A stretch of 47,431 nt of DNA, counting the filler, from Bacteroidales bacterium (GTDB taxonomy: Bacteria; Bacteroidota; Bacteroidia; Bacteroidales; CAIWKO01), in the NCBI GenBank assembly GCA_035389045.1. It is 13 parts of 13 records of this genome, joined end to end, with 100 filler letters (N's around TTAATTAATTAA, not from the genome) between each part and the next. Parts side by side here need not be neighbours in the genome. Positions count along the whole stretch, not along the records: positions 26,696 to 30,192 come from DAOORA010000129.1; positions 30,293 to 33,423 come from DAOORA010000130.1; positions 33,524 to 36,588 come from DAOORA010000131.1; positions 36,689 to 39,695 come from DAOORA010000132.1; positions 39,796 to 42,466 come from DAOORA010000133.1; 8 more parts are not named here. The stretch is one strand, 5' to 3'. A program made the position numbers and the translations under genes. A model generated the notes under the pieces. That model saw nothing but the letters and a program-made list of their open reading frames with translations, searched no databases and was not told the origin of the DNA. Every line of letters begins with the position of its first letter. Positions within the stretch are counted from its first letter, which is position 1. Of this stretch, positions 29,857 through 40,462 are shown piece after piece.

Positions 29857-30102
29857 ATGTGTTTTGTCTATATATTATATTCGTTCGCCAGAGACCGGTA
29901 TTATATCGGTATAACAAAAAATATTGAGGACAGGATTCGCAGGCATAATAGTAATCATAAGGGATTTACAGGAGGGTCGGGTGACTGGGGTTTGGTCTGG
30001 CAGCGGGGTTTTGAGGATAAGAGGTCAGCATTATCTGAAGAGAAAAAGATAAAAGGTTGGAAAAGCAGGGTAAAGATAGAAAAGCTGATTTCGTCTGAAT
30101 AG
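29857..30102 (+). CDS. Stand-alone GIY-YIG nuclease family protein (81 aa)
   Basis: FVYILYS...YYIGIT...RIRRHN...FT...W...ALSEEKKIKGWKSR; ATG 29857 lies just after a terminator-like hairpin. Confidence 0.9.
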   Translation: MCFVYILYSFARDRYYIGITKNIEDRIRRHNSNHKGFTGGSGDWGLVWQRGFEDKRSALSEEKKIKGWKSRVKIEKLISSE

Positions 30103-30104
30103 AT

Positions 30105-30192
30105 GCTGGTTCAGAGCATCCCGACAGCACGTCGGGAGGGTCATAGGTTCGAATCCTATTGTTCCCACCCATAAAACAGAGGTCGCAGAAAT
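30105..30192 (+). pseudogene. tRNA-Val-derived direct repeat with the anticodon arm replaced; cut by the contig end
   Basis: 30105-30118 equals 29745-29758 and 30138-30192 equals 29776-29830; TCCCGAC-AGCAC-GTCGGGA lies between them. Confidence 0.9.
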
Positions 30193-30486
30193 NNNNNNNN
30201 NNNNNNNNNNNNNNNNNNNNNNNNNNNNNNNNNNNNTTAATTAATTAANNNNNNNNNNNNNNNNNNNNNNNNNNNNNNNNNNNNNNNNNNNNCAAAATCT
30301 GCCTCGTTTCGCTAAAAAATCCATCATAAATCTTATGTAACATAAAAGCAAAACAGTTTCTAAACACTAAAATAAATTAATTTATTGAATGAACGTAGGA
30401 ATTTTTTTCACGTTCCGATAAATTCTTTCCATATCCTAATTTTATAAGGATATAAAGTGTAAATTTGCAGGGAAAAGAGGGATGTG

Positions 30487-32262
30487 ATGGAAAAGCGCTG
30501 GGTACTCAAGCAACTAGGCAATAATGAGTTAATTATGCAATTAGCAAACGATCTAAACGTATCGTTTCCTATTGCCAACCTGCTTTACCAGCGCGATATT
30601 ACCACTTTTGAAGAAGCCCGTTCTTTTTTCCGCCCCGAATTAAGCCATCTGCATGATCCTTTTCTGATGAAGGACATGGACAAGGCTGTCGGACGCATCG
30701 AAAAAGCCATTAAAGAAAACGAAAAAATACTGGTATACGGCGATTATGATGTTGATGGAACATCGGCTGTGGCGCTGGTTTTCTCCTTTCTGAAAAATTT
30801 CTGTTCGAAAATAGATTTTTATATTCCTGACCGCTATCAGGAAGGTTACGGGATTTCGTTCAAAGGTATAGATTATGCACATGAAAACAATATCAGTTTA
30901 GTCATCGCTCTTGACTGCGGTATAAAAGCCGTAGAAAAAATTGAATACGCCAACGAAAAAGGTATTGATTTCATCATCTGCGACCATCACCGGCCCGGCA
31001 GTGAAATCCCCCTTACTGCTGCCGTACTTGACCCCAAACGCCCCGACTGTCCTTATCCCTATAAAGAACTATCGGGCTGCGGTATTGGTTTTAAATTAAT
31101 ACAGGCTTTTGCAAAGAACAGAAAAATTGACGAAGAAATTCTGTATAAGTATCTTGATCTTGTCACGGTGAGTATAGCTTCCGACATAGTTCCCATCACC
31201 GGAGAAAACAGGGTATTGGCTTTTTACGGACTTAAACTGATCAATTCAAACCCCCGTCCTGGCATAGAAGCCGTTTTACAGAGCAGCGGAATGAAACGGA
31301 TAAGGGAATCCTCGGATGTTAGCGAGGCATTGGTTTTCTCACGGCAACTCAATATCAACGATCTGGTATTCCTGATCGGTCCCCGTATCAATGCTGCCGG
31401 GCGCATCGAAAGCGGTAAAAATTCGGTTCAGCTGCTTATCGCCGATAATATGAAAGATGCTCTGGAAATAGGATTACAAATTGATAACTATAACACGGAA
31501 CGGCGCACGCTGGATACCCAGACCACTTTTGATGCCCTTGAAATGATCAAATCTTCAAAAGCATTGCTTGAAAGCAAATCCACTATTGTTTATCACCCCG
31601 AATGGCACAAAGGTGTTATTGGTATTGTGGCATCACGCCTGACCGAGGTTTATTACCGTCCCACCATTGTTTTTACCGATTCCAACGGGCTTATCTGCGG
31701 CTCGGCACGGTCTGTAAAAGATTTCGATATATATGATGCCATTGATGCCTGCAGCGAACTGCTGGAACACTTTGGCGGACACAAATATGCTGCAGGCCTG
31801 ACTATTAAGCCTGAAAACCTTGAAAAATTCAGTAAACGGTTTGAAGAAATTGTCAGTTCAACGATCACTGAAGATATGCAGGTTCCAGAAGTGGAAATCG
31901 ATGCAGATCTCGACCTGCGGCAAATCAACCCAAATTTCTATAAAATCATCAAACAGTTTTCCCCTTTCGGGCCGGGAAATATGTCGCCGGTATTCAGAAC
32001 CACAGGTGTGGTGGACTTTGGCAATGCACGACTGGTAGGCAAAAATGAAAAAAATCATCTCAAGCTTTCCATAACTTACCCGGAAATATCCCTGCCTCCT
32101 TTTTCAGCCATTGCTTTCCAAATGGGCGACTTTTTCGATTACATCCAGGCTGGAAACCGTTTCGATATCTGCTACCATATCGAAGAAAACGAATGGAACG
32201 GCAACGTTTCGCTGCAACTGAATATCAAAGATATTAAGAAGCCGGAACCCGAGCAGAACTAA
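30487..32262 (+). CDS. recJ: Single-stranded DNA exonuclease RecJ
   Basis: YGDYDVDG, LDCG, CDHH, PRINAAGR, GSARS and FGGH motifs. Confidence 0.95.
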   Translation: MEKRWVLKQLGNNELIMQLANDLNVSFPIANLLYQRDITTFEEARSFFRPELSHLHDPFLMKDMDKAVGRIEKAIKENEKILVYGDYDVDGTSAVALVFSFLKNFCSKIDFYIPDRYQEGYGISFKGIDYAHENNISLVIALDCGIKAVEKIEYANEKGIDFIICDHHRPGSEIPLTAAVLDPKRPDCPYPYKELSGCGIGFKLIQAFAKNRKIDEEILYKYLDLVTVSIASDIVPITGENRVLAFYGLKLINSNPRPGIEAVLQSSGMKRIRESSDVSEALVFSRQLNINDLVFLIGPRINAAGRIESGKNSVQLLIADNMKDALEIGLQIDNYNTERRTLDTQTTFDALEMIKSSKALLESKSTIVYHPEWHKGVIGIVASRLTEVYYRPTIVFTDSNGLICGSARSVKDFDIYDAIDACSELLEHFGGHKYAAGLTIKPENLEKFSKRFEEIVSSTITEDMQVPEVEIDADLDLRQINPNFYKIIKQFSPFGPGNMSPVFRTTGVVDFGNARLVGKNEKNHLKLSITYPEISLPPFSAIAFQMGDFFDYIQAGNRFDICYHIEENEWNGNVSLQLNIKDIKKPEPEQN

Positions 32263-32269
32263 GCTGTTT

Positions 32270-33151
32270 TCAGTAAAATCCCTGAATTTGTTTCCAGCGT
32301 TTATGTGACCATAACCAGTATGCCGGTTCGCGGAGGATCGTTTTTTCGAGCAGGCAGATATAGGTATTCATGATGTAACCATGATGACATACTGCCGGGT
32401 TGCCGGTGATATCAATAAGATGTATGTTATAATAGCCTCGTCTGATACGTGTAAAATCCGCATAAACCACAGGAAACCCGTAATCTACCGCATACTTCTC
32501 AGCACCGAATAAAAAATGGGTCTCTTTATTCAAAAACAAGGCATGAATGCCTTTATGTGACCCTCCGGGATACTGGTCTGAAAGAAAAAGACTCGCTGTA
32601 AGTTCATTTCTGTCTTTATTAAACTCTTCCTTGATATTTTTTGCACTGATAATTTTCATGCCGAAACGGGCGCGCCGTGCATTGGTAAGTTTATTCATCA
32701 CCTCATTTGACAAAGGTTTGCCCACGCCTATTGCCCAGTGTGGAAACAACAGGTTCATGGAATAAATAAGATACTCCCAGTTGCAATAGTGCGCCGACAT
32801 AAAAATCACACTCCGGTCTTCACGGGCATACTGCTCCAATATTTCCGGATTATCGCAGGTGATCCTTTTCAACAGATTCTTCTTCCGGATGGTAAAACAT
32901 TTGATGGATTCCAGAAAAACATCGGCCAGAAACCGGTAAAACTGCCAGGCGACTTTATTTATGTCATAAGTTGCCGGAAGGCTCCCTTCAAGGTTTTTAA
33001 AAACCACTTTCCTGCGGTACCGGATGACGTAAAATAATAAAAAAGCCAGCAAATCCGACAAAAGATATAAGATCCAAAAGGGCAGTAAAGACAATAACAG
33101 CAAATGAAAAAACAAAAAATAACTAAGCAGTTTTGATAAGAGTTTTTTCAT
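32270..33151 (-). CDS. Lipid A biosynthesis acyltransferase (LpxL/HtrB family)
   Basis: YRRKVVFKNL, AHYCNWE, SDQ and YWLWSHKRWK motifs. Confidence 0.88.
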   Translation of the reverse strand: MKKLLSKLLSYFLFFHLLLLSLLPFWILYLLSDLLAFLLFYVIRYRRKVVFKNLEGSLPATYDINKVAWQFYRFLADVFLESIKCFTIRKKNLLKRITCDNPEILEQYAREDRSVIFMSAHYCNWEYLIYSMNLLFPHWAIGVGKPLSNEVMNKLTNARRARFGMKIISAKNIKEEFNKDRNELTASLFLSDQYPGGSHKGIHALFLNKETHFLFGAEKYAVDYGFPVVYADFTRIRRGYYNIHLIDITGNPAVCHHGYIMNTYICLLEKTILREPAYWLWSHKRWKQIQGFY

Positions 33152-33376
33152 TTATCGGCATTTTCTGAACAAAGGTAGTTGAAAATTGTATATACCATAT
33201 TCCGGATGTCAACAGTGTTAAATCTTTTTTGAGGTGCCAAAATTAAATAAAGATTCCTCAATTCGCTCCGTAACATTCGGAAAAATAATGATTTATATTA
33301 ATCAGAGTACGGGGAATGAGTAAAATACAGGCAGGACTGCGAGAAATCTTTATATTATTTTAAAAGATTTTTTCTA

Positions 33377-33423
33377 TTGTACTTTTTGTCTTGAAACAAA
33401 AAGTACCAAAAAATTCAAGAAAA
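33377..33423. repeat. Hairpin repeat homologous to 19453-19509 but without the 16-bp palindrome
   Basis: TTGTACTTTTTGTCTTGAAACAAAAAGTACCAA-AAAATT-CAAGAAAA. Confidence 0.8.
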
Positions 33424-33692
33424 NNNNNNNNNNNNNNNNNNNNNNNNNNNNNNNNNNNNNNNNNNNNTTAATTAATTAANNNNNNNNNNNNNNNNNNNNN
33501 NNNNNNNNNNNNNNNNNNNNNNNGCAAAAAAGACGCATAAAGATATGAAAAGATAAAATCAAAACAATTTCTTAATCAGAAAAGATTATTTTTACAAAAC
33601 AGGATTAAAACCAATTTCATCAGTATAAATCTGCACTTATCGATGAATTTTTCGCGAGTGGACAATTTTTGTCTTGTATAATTTTCAATCAC

Positions 33693-35207
33693 ATGAACGA
33701 CCTTGCCGGCAAAATAATACATACCTCTACACGTTGGATTAACCATGCAAGAAGTTTGTTTTATCCAACCGGATATATGAAGAATTATGGATCATTGGGA
33801 CGTAAAACCTACCGTGATTTTAACTCACACAGGCCTATTGGCCCCTTACCGAAACTTTGTTATGCTCCCTGGACGAACCTTTTTTTTAATACGCATGGCA
33901 ATGCTATGGTGTGTTGTAAAAACACCAAAGTAATTCTTGGAAAGTATCCTGAAAAAAGTATTCATGATATTTGGTTCAGCAGTCAAAGGGAAATGCTTAA
34001 AAAAAGTATTAATAAGAATGATTTATCATTAGGTTGCTTTAAATGTAAAGATTCCATACTTCAGGGGAATTACAGTTCAACCACCTCTGTTGTTTTTGAT
34101 AAACATAACATGATGCCTTTAAAAAAATATCCCCGGGTAATTGAATTTGAATTAAGTAATAAATGTAATCTGGAATGTATCATGTGTTCAGGCAGAGTGT
34201 CTTCGTCTATCCAGGCGAACCGTGAACATCAGGAGATCATGAAAATGACTTATGACGATAATTTTGTGGGGCAGCTTGATGAATTTATTCCTTATTTAAA
34301 AGAAGCTAAATTTACCGGGGGAGAACCATTTTTAATACCGATATATTATAAGATCTGGGAAAAGATTGAAAAGATCAATCCATCAGTTAAAATACTAATA
34401 CAAACAAATGGCACCATTCTGAATGATGAAATAAAAAAACTAATAAAAAAACTTCATTTTCAAATTAATGTTTCCATAGATTCCGTTAATAAAGATACTT
34501 ATGAATCCATCAGGAGAAATGCAGATTATGAAAAAATGGTGAATCATGTTGAATGGTTGGGAAAAAACACACAACACCTGAGCGTCCTGGCAACACCTTT
34601 TCGAATGAATTGGAAAGACATTCCGGATATTATTCTTTTTTGCAATAAAAATAAATATCAATTCAATATCAGCCAGATGTATTGTCCCGGGGAATTAGCC
34701 CTTTGGAGTCTTGATATTGATATAATAAAAGAGATTATCGATTACTATCATTCTATAAAACTCACCGCAGGTAACAGGCTGGAAAGACATAACATTGGCA
34801 TTTATGAAGAATTGATAGCTACTTTAGAATATTGGATTAAATGCAAAGAAAAAAATGATGAATTTAACAATAGATTTTTAGACGTCATGAATGAACAGGA
34901 ACCGGAAATTATTACACACCAAACAGTTAATAAATCAGACATAAAGAATTCTAAAAACACTTTCAGATTGATTTTATTTCAAAACGGATTTACAGAAATA
35001 GAATTTGAGAATTTCGCCAAGGCTATTGATGAGTACTGCCAGAATGATAAAGATGCTGTTTGTACAGAGTTGTTTTATTTTCATATTACTCAAAGCCACA
35101 AACCAGAAACTATTATTAAATTTTACAGAGATTCGTCGGAATATTTAATTAAAGAAAAATTGATAGAAGAGCATGATGTCATTAAAAAGAAGTATTCAAT
35201 TGTATAA
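33693..35207 (+). CDS. Radical SAM protein with N-terminal SPASM/Twitch-like domain
   Basis: CYAPW...VCC...CFKC precedes CNLECIMC, TGGEPF and QTNGT. Confidence 0.85.
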   Translation: MNDLAGKIIHTSTRWINHARSLFYPTGYMKNYGSLGRKTYRDFNSHRPIGPLPKLCYAPWTNLFFNTHGNAMVCCKNTKVILGKYPEKSIHDIWFSSQREMLKKSINKNDLSLGCFKCKDSILQGNYSSTTSVVFDKHNMMPLKKYPRVIEFELSNKCNLECIMCSGRVSSSIQANREHQEIMKMTYDDNFVGQLDEFIPYLKEAKFTGGEPFLIPIYYKIWEKIEKINPSVKILIQTNGTILNDEIKKLIKKLHFQINVSIDSVNKDTYESIRRNADYEKMVNHVEWLGKNTQHLSVLATPFRMNWKDIPDIILFCNKNKYQFNISQMYCPGELALWSLDIDIIKEIIDYYHSIKLTAGNRLERHNIGIYEELIATLEYWIKCKEKNDEFNNRFLDVMNEQEPEIITHQTVNKSDIKNSKNTFRLILFQNGFTEIEFENFAKAIDEYCQNDKDAVCTELFYFHITQSHKPETIIKFYRDSSEYLIKEKLIEEHDVIKKKYSIV

Positions 35208-35406
35208 GTAAAATTACTACATGAAAAGAATAATAATATTAAACTATATATTATGATTGATCATTCAGGTTTTTATTTTCATTACATGCTAAGATAATTG
35301 TGTTTGGTCATTTTTTTTACTATATTTGCATTCCTCCATTTTTGCAAATTAATAATAGTTCATATTATCCCTATCATTTTTATTTTCAGGCATCAATCTA
35401 ATTTTT

Positions 35407-36588
35407 ATGAAAACATTTATACTTCGTGTAAAAAAAACTGCAATTTCAGCAAATTTTCTTTTAGTGATCTGTTTGGGTATTTTATGTATGATGATTTCAA
35501 TACCAGACATCAATGCACAAACAGGCAATTTAGCTCAGACAGAAGAAGATTTTAATCTGATAAAAGTACAAAGTACAAACGCAAAAACCGGAGCCAAAGG
35601 AGCAACAGCTACTTTAGAAACAACAACGGGGATATGCCCGGGTGATACTGTTTTGGCCGATATAACTTTATCTGGTTTTACAAGCCCCATTGTTGGATTT
35701 CAATTCACCATACGATTTGATACCAATCATCTCAAATATCTTGTCGATACCAATTGGTATCCCGGAATTACACAAGTCTGGATCAGTCATAATTATTATG
35801 GCGCCCCGCCTAATGTCATTGATGGTTTGACTTTTGTTTGGGGAGACGGGCCGGCAAATGTTGCTGACATCCTTTGCCAGTTAGTGTTTATTTATAAAAC
35901 ACCATACAGCGGCTGCCAGAATTTAAGCTGGTCCGACATGCCGACGCCCCGGTTATTTGCCGATACATTATATAATGAATTTGTTGTTACCTATGTTGAT
36001 GGAATGATATGCCCTCTTCTGCCCGAGGAAATTACGGGAACAACACCAATATGTGCCGGGGAAACAGAAACCTGGAGCGGCGCCAATCCCGGGGGAATTT
36101 GGTCCAGTTCCGATCCTTCGGTGGCTGCAATTAATTCAACTTCAGGAGTTGTAACCGCGGTTTCTGCCGGAACATCCTTGATTACTTACATAGTGACTGA
36201 AGGTAACTGCGTCAGTTCGGCAACAAAAACAGTAACAGTTACAGCTCCAATAACTCAAGACATCACGGGACCAACAGAGATATGTGTTGGGTCAACAGGA
36301 GTATGGACCAGTACTACATCCGGAGGGACATGGTCAAGTTCTGAACCGGCAACAGCGACAGTTGATATAAATTCAGGGATTATAACGGGAGTTGCTTCTG
36401 GAACATCTGTGATAACCTATACGGTGACTGTGGGTGCGTGTACGAATACAGCATCACAAACTGTAACAATAACAACTCCTGTTCCTCAAACTATTTCAGG
36501 AACCACCCCGTTATGTGAAGGTTACGCAACGATATGGACCAGTACCACTTCGGGCGGAACATGGACAAGTAACACCCCCGGAGTGGCT
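35407..36588 (+). CDS. Secreted protein with cohesin-like domain and Big_2-like Ig repeats, 3'-truncated
   Basis: Signal peptide ending INAQ; GDTV...IVGFQFTIRFD; repeats GGxWSSSxPxxAxxxxxSG. Confidence 0.78.
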
Positions 36589-36688
36589 NNNNNNNNNNNN
36601 NNNNNNNNNNNNNNNNNNNNNNNNNNNNNNNNTTAATTAATTAANNNNNNNNNNNNNNNNNNNNNNNNNNNNNNNNNNNNNNNNNNNN

Positions 36689-37572
36689 CGGCCAAAAGGA
36701 TCGTTCATCCATTTATTCCTGTTCCAACGCTTAACGCTGTATGGAGGATTGGCCATAATCACATCAAACTGTTTCAGCTCATCATTTTCCAATATCTGCG
36801 GATTGTCGAGCGTATCGCCCTGCACAATCAAAAATTCATCAACATTGTGCATAAACATATTTATTCGGGCAATAGCCGATGTAATCAGGTTTAGCTCCTG
36901 GCCATAGAGTTTAAGGGTACGATATTCTTTGCCTTGTTCCTTTACATGCAAAGCGCTGCTGAGTAAAATACCACCACTTCCACAGGTAGGATCATAGATG
37001 CTTTCCCCCGGTTGCGGGTTGGTTATCTGAGTCATCAGCTTAACAACGGTGCGGTTTGTATAAAACTCAGCAGCGGTATGGCCGCTGTCATCGGCAAACT
37101 TTTTAATGAGGTATTCATACCCTTCGCCCATGATGTCATGAGGTACTTCTGCCACGGTGAGTTTCATCTGGCTGAAATGCTCAATCAGGTCAAGCATTTT
37201 CTCGTCACTCATCCGGCGTTTGTTCGTCCATTGCGCATCGCCAAACACGTCATGCAGCATTTCAAAGTTTGCTTTTTCTATGCCGGTTAATGCCTTTTGC
37301 AGCGAAGCCCCAACGTCGATAGTCTTTTTTCTTACATCTTCCCAATGGCATCCCATTGGAATCTGAAACCGATGGTTCTCGGCAAAAGAGGCATAATCCA
37401 TATCACCGCCTCCTTCATCGAGCGCTTGCTGATACTCCTCGTCCCACAGATCGCTGATTCTTTTAAAAAACAATAATGGGAAAATATACTGTTTGAAGTC
37501 GGCAGCGTCAATCATACCACGCAGGATATTGGCAGCTCCCCATAGGTAATCTTCTAATTCTTTCTTATTCAT
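36689..37572 (-). CDS. hsdM: Type I restriction-modification M subunit, 3'-truncated
   Basis: LWGAANILRG, YEYLIKKFA, EFYT, YDPTCGSGG, GQE and ANPPY motifs. Confidence 0.93.
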
Positions 37573-37862
37573 CTTGTCAAAATAATGTACTGAACACCTT
37601 CAAAAGTAAAAATAATTTTCATTTTCCAAGTAAATAAATAAAATTTATCCTTATACATAAATAAGCCTGTGATTTTATCATGAGAGCATGATACCGTTTT
37701 TTTAAAGTGCAGGGTTCACTTGTATTGAATTTGCCCGGTGCGGCCTTTGGTATATATAGCGTTCAAAAGATACGAACTGAAAAATATAAGGGTAATTTGT
37801 ATAAAAACAGCTATAGTCATAAAATATGAAATATATTCATTTGCGCTATGGTCCGGGAAAAA

Positions 37863-38010
37863 ATATTACGTTCCTACGGAACTTAATATCCTTTGTATAA
37901 CTAATTATCTACCAATATTCAATCCCAATAGGATTGCCACGTTAGGGGCATAATATTGGTAATAAAAAAAGAAACCCCTAAAATAAATAAGTTCCGTAGG
38001 AACGTGATAT
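37863..38010. repeat. Inverted pair of multi-hairpin REP-like units (REPIN-like)
   Basis: ATATTACGTTCCTACGGAACTTA / TAAGTTCCGTAGGAACGTGATAT and TACCAATATT / AATATTGGTA. Confidence 0.8.
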
Positions 38011-38264
38011 AGCAAAGCATTGAACATTTGAAAAATATTTTTGTCAGTCAGTACTGATCTATTTTATTTCATTACTGCACCATAGCTGAAAAGTACCTGT
38101 CCGGCTATGCCTTTAAGGGACGTTTATAACTCATTTGTTTTTTGGTATAATGATTCCTCAAACTGATTTTACTGTCACAGCGTATGGTTTTTGAAACTAA
38201 TTCATCATATGATAACAGCTTGTGTCTGTTTTGTGTCTGAGCGCCGTAACCGGCCTGCCACTCA

Positions 38265-39386
38265 TCAAAGATCTTTCTTATAAGCTCTTCTGGTCATGTG
38301 ATGGTGTTTTTCGTAGCCATTGGTGAATAATAAAAATGATTTTTTATTATATTCCAGTACGGAACTTGAAATAGCCGTCTTGATGCCGTTTTCAATGAAA
38401 GCTTTAATGATCTCGGCATAAAAAAGCGCCGGTACACCTTTGGCTTTATATTCCGGTTTTATGGCCTGAATGATAAGATCAACCGTGTCGTTTTTTTGTA
38501 AGGCTTTATAAATGTGCATAAATCCAAACGGGAAAAGGCTTCCTTTGGCCTTCATCAGAGCTTTTGACAGAGACAGAAAACAAAATCCGAAACCAACTAA
38601 CTCATTATTCTTATCCACTATGAATTTTGTGTATTTCGGATTTACAACAGGAAAATACTGGTCGGTATAATATTTTATCTGCCTGTCGGAAAGCGGGACA
38701 AAGCCATACAGATCTTTTAAGGATTCGTTATATAAATTAAACATTTTACCTGCATAAGGCAACAGGTCTTTGGCTTTTTTAACCTCCAGCACTTTCAGGT
38801 CGTATTTTTGCCTGACAAGCTGTGATACCCGCCATACTTTATCAGGGATTTTATCAGGGAGATTAATTTCAAACTGTATCCAGTCCACATCTTTTGTATA
38901 ACCATGTTTTTCGAGATGAGCAGGATAGTACGGGTAATTATATATGGCGATCTGGGTCGAGATCTCATCAAAGCCTTCGACGAGCATGCCTTCCAGATCC
39001 ATATCGGTAAATCCGAGTGGCCCGGCTACTTTAGTCAAACCGTTCTGTTTTGCCCATTGCTCTACTTCATTTATCAGGGCTGCAGAAACATCCGTATCAT
39101 CAATGAAATCAATCCATCCAAAACGCAGCGTTTTTTCATTCCAGATTTCATTGGCCTTATGATTAATGATACCGGCTATCCTCCCGGCAAGTTTGCCGTC
39201 TTTATAGGCCAGCCAATATTTGGCCTCGCAAAACTCAAAGGCGGGATTTTTTTTTCGTGAAAGGGCTGATTTCTCAAAAAAATGAAGTTGCGGCACCCTG
39301 TATTTATTACCGCTGTAAAGTTTATCAGGAAATTTAATGAATTCCGACAACTGCTTCTTTGTTTTTACTTCAACCAGCCTGATCAT
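38265..39386 (-). CDS. GNAT-fold N-acetyltransferase-like protein (YghO-like)
   Basis: GRIAGIIN, RFGWIDFIDD, GPLGFTDMD-EGMLVEGF and YNYPYY motifs. Confidence 0.75.
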   Translation of the reverse strand: MIRLVEVKTKKQLSEFIKFPDKLYSGNKYRVPQLHFFEKSALSRKKNPAFEFCEAKYWLAYKDGKLAGRIAGIINHKANEIWNEKTLRFGWIDFIDDTDVSAALINEVEQWAKQNGLTKVAGPLGFTDMDLEGMLVEGFDEISTQIAIYNYPYYPAHLEKHGYTKDVDWIQFEINLPDKIPDKVWRVSQLVRQKYDLKVLEVKKAKDLLPYAGKMFNLYNESLKDLYGFVPLSDRQIKYYTDQYFPVVNPKYTKFIVDKNNELVGFGFCFLSLSKALMKAKGSLFPFGFMHIYKALQKNDTVDLIIQAIKPEYKAKGVPALFYAEIIKAFIENGIKTAISSSVLEYNKKSFLLFTNGYEKHHHMTRRAYKKDL

Positions 39387-39795
39387 ATGATATCTTTCTT
39401 TTTAAATGGCTTTGTCTTTGTATATAGGAGCGGCCACGCATTTGTATAAATAAAAACCTGCAAAAGTAATTATTATTTTAAAGTAGATAAAAAACAATTT
39501 TTTCAAAGCAGCCATGGTAGATTAAGGAGATATTGAATTTATAACAAGCTGTTTTATAAACATTAATTCTGAGGGAAACCGGTGAGAAAACTTCATTTTA
39601 TTTAAAAAATTATCCATGCAGGGGAGTTTTTTTATTACATTTGTTTTCAGCTCTCTGAGAACGATTATCGATAGTAATTTATATTTAATGTATGANNNNN
39701 NNNNNNNNNNNNNNNNNNNNNNNNNNNNNNNNNNNNNNNTTAATTAATTAANNNNNNNNNNNNNNNNNNNNNNNNNNNNNNNNNNNNNNNNNNNN

Positions 39796-40247
39796 GCAGC
39801 AGGAGATTGTGTTACACCGGTGATCGTTACCGGGTTGTATGAAGTTTCTAATATTGACATGTCATTATTTGAGGAAGAATTTTTACCGACAATCAGGGTA
39901 TAATAATTATTTCCCTGTACATTGCATGTCATATCGGCATCCCAGCTGCCTGACGTATAATAATAGGCATCTCCGGCTATTTTTACATTTAAGCTGCGGG
40001 CATAATCACTGGTTGAGCCGCACCATTTAGGATTATAATTGCCTGCTGAAGGGTTGAACAAAAAAGACATGGATGCAGTGGAGGATGATTGTAAAATTCC
40101 TGCCATTGTTACACCCCTGTTTGTAAGGGTTACATCACTCCAGGTCCCCGAAATGCCGTATCGAACATTTCCGGGCTGGCCGAAAGAGTTATTTCCCATT
40201 AAAAAAAGGAAAAAACACAGTAAAAAAGAACCGAATATTTTTCTCAT
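39796..40247 (-). CDS. Secreted protein N-terminus, truncated
   Basis: Signal peptide MRKIFGSFLLCFFLFLMG...; frame open to the contig edge. Confidence 0.7.
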
Positions 40248-40462
40248 ATGGCAAAATTTTAAACTACTAACGATTTTTTTAATACGACAATAAAATAAGA
40301 TTCTTTGTATAAAGAATAAATAAGGTCAAAGTTATAACTTAATTTGTTGAAAACAAAGAGTTATTATAAAATTTGTTGATTAACATAAATTAACTGATAT
40401 GTTGCAAAAAAGATTTTGAGGTAGCGGGTAAAAGGTGAATAAGACTTGTTTTCAACAACAAC

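Noticed and set aside
30105..30170. Second functional tRNA
   Set aside because: It lacks the 5' acceptor strand, and its 7-bp stem with a 5-nt loop is not an anticodon arm.
29731..30192. Prophage attL/attR at tRNA-Val linked to the phage contig
   Set aside because: The repeats are only 362 bp apart, enclose no integrase, and the phage fragment is on a separate contig.
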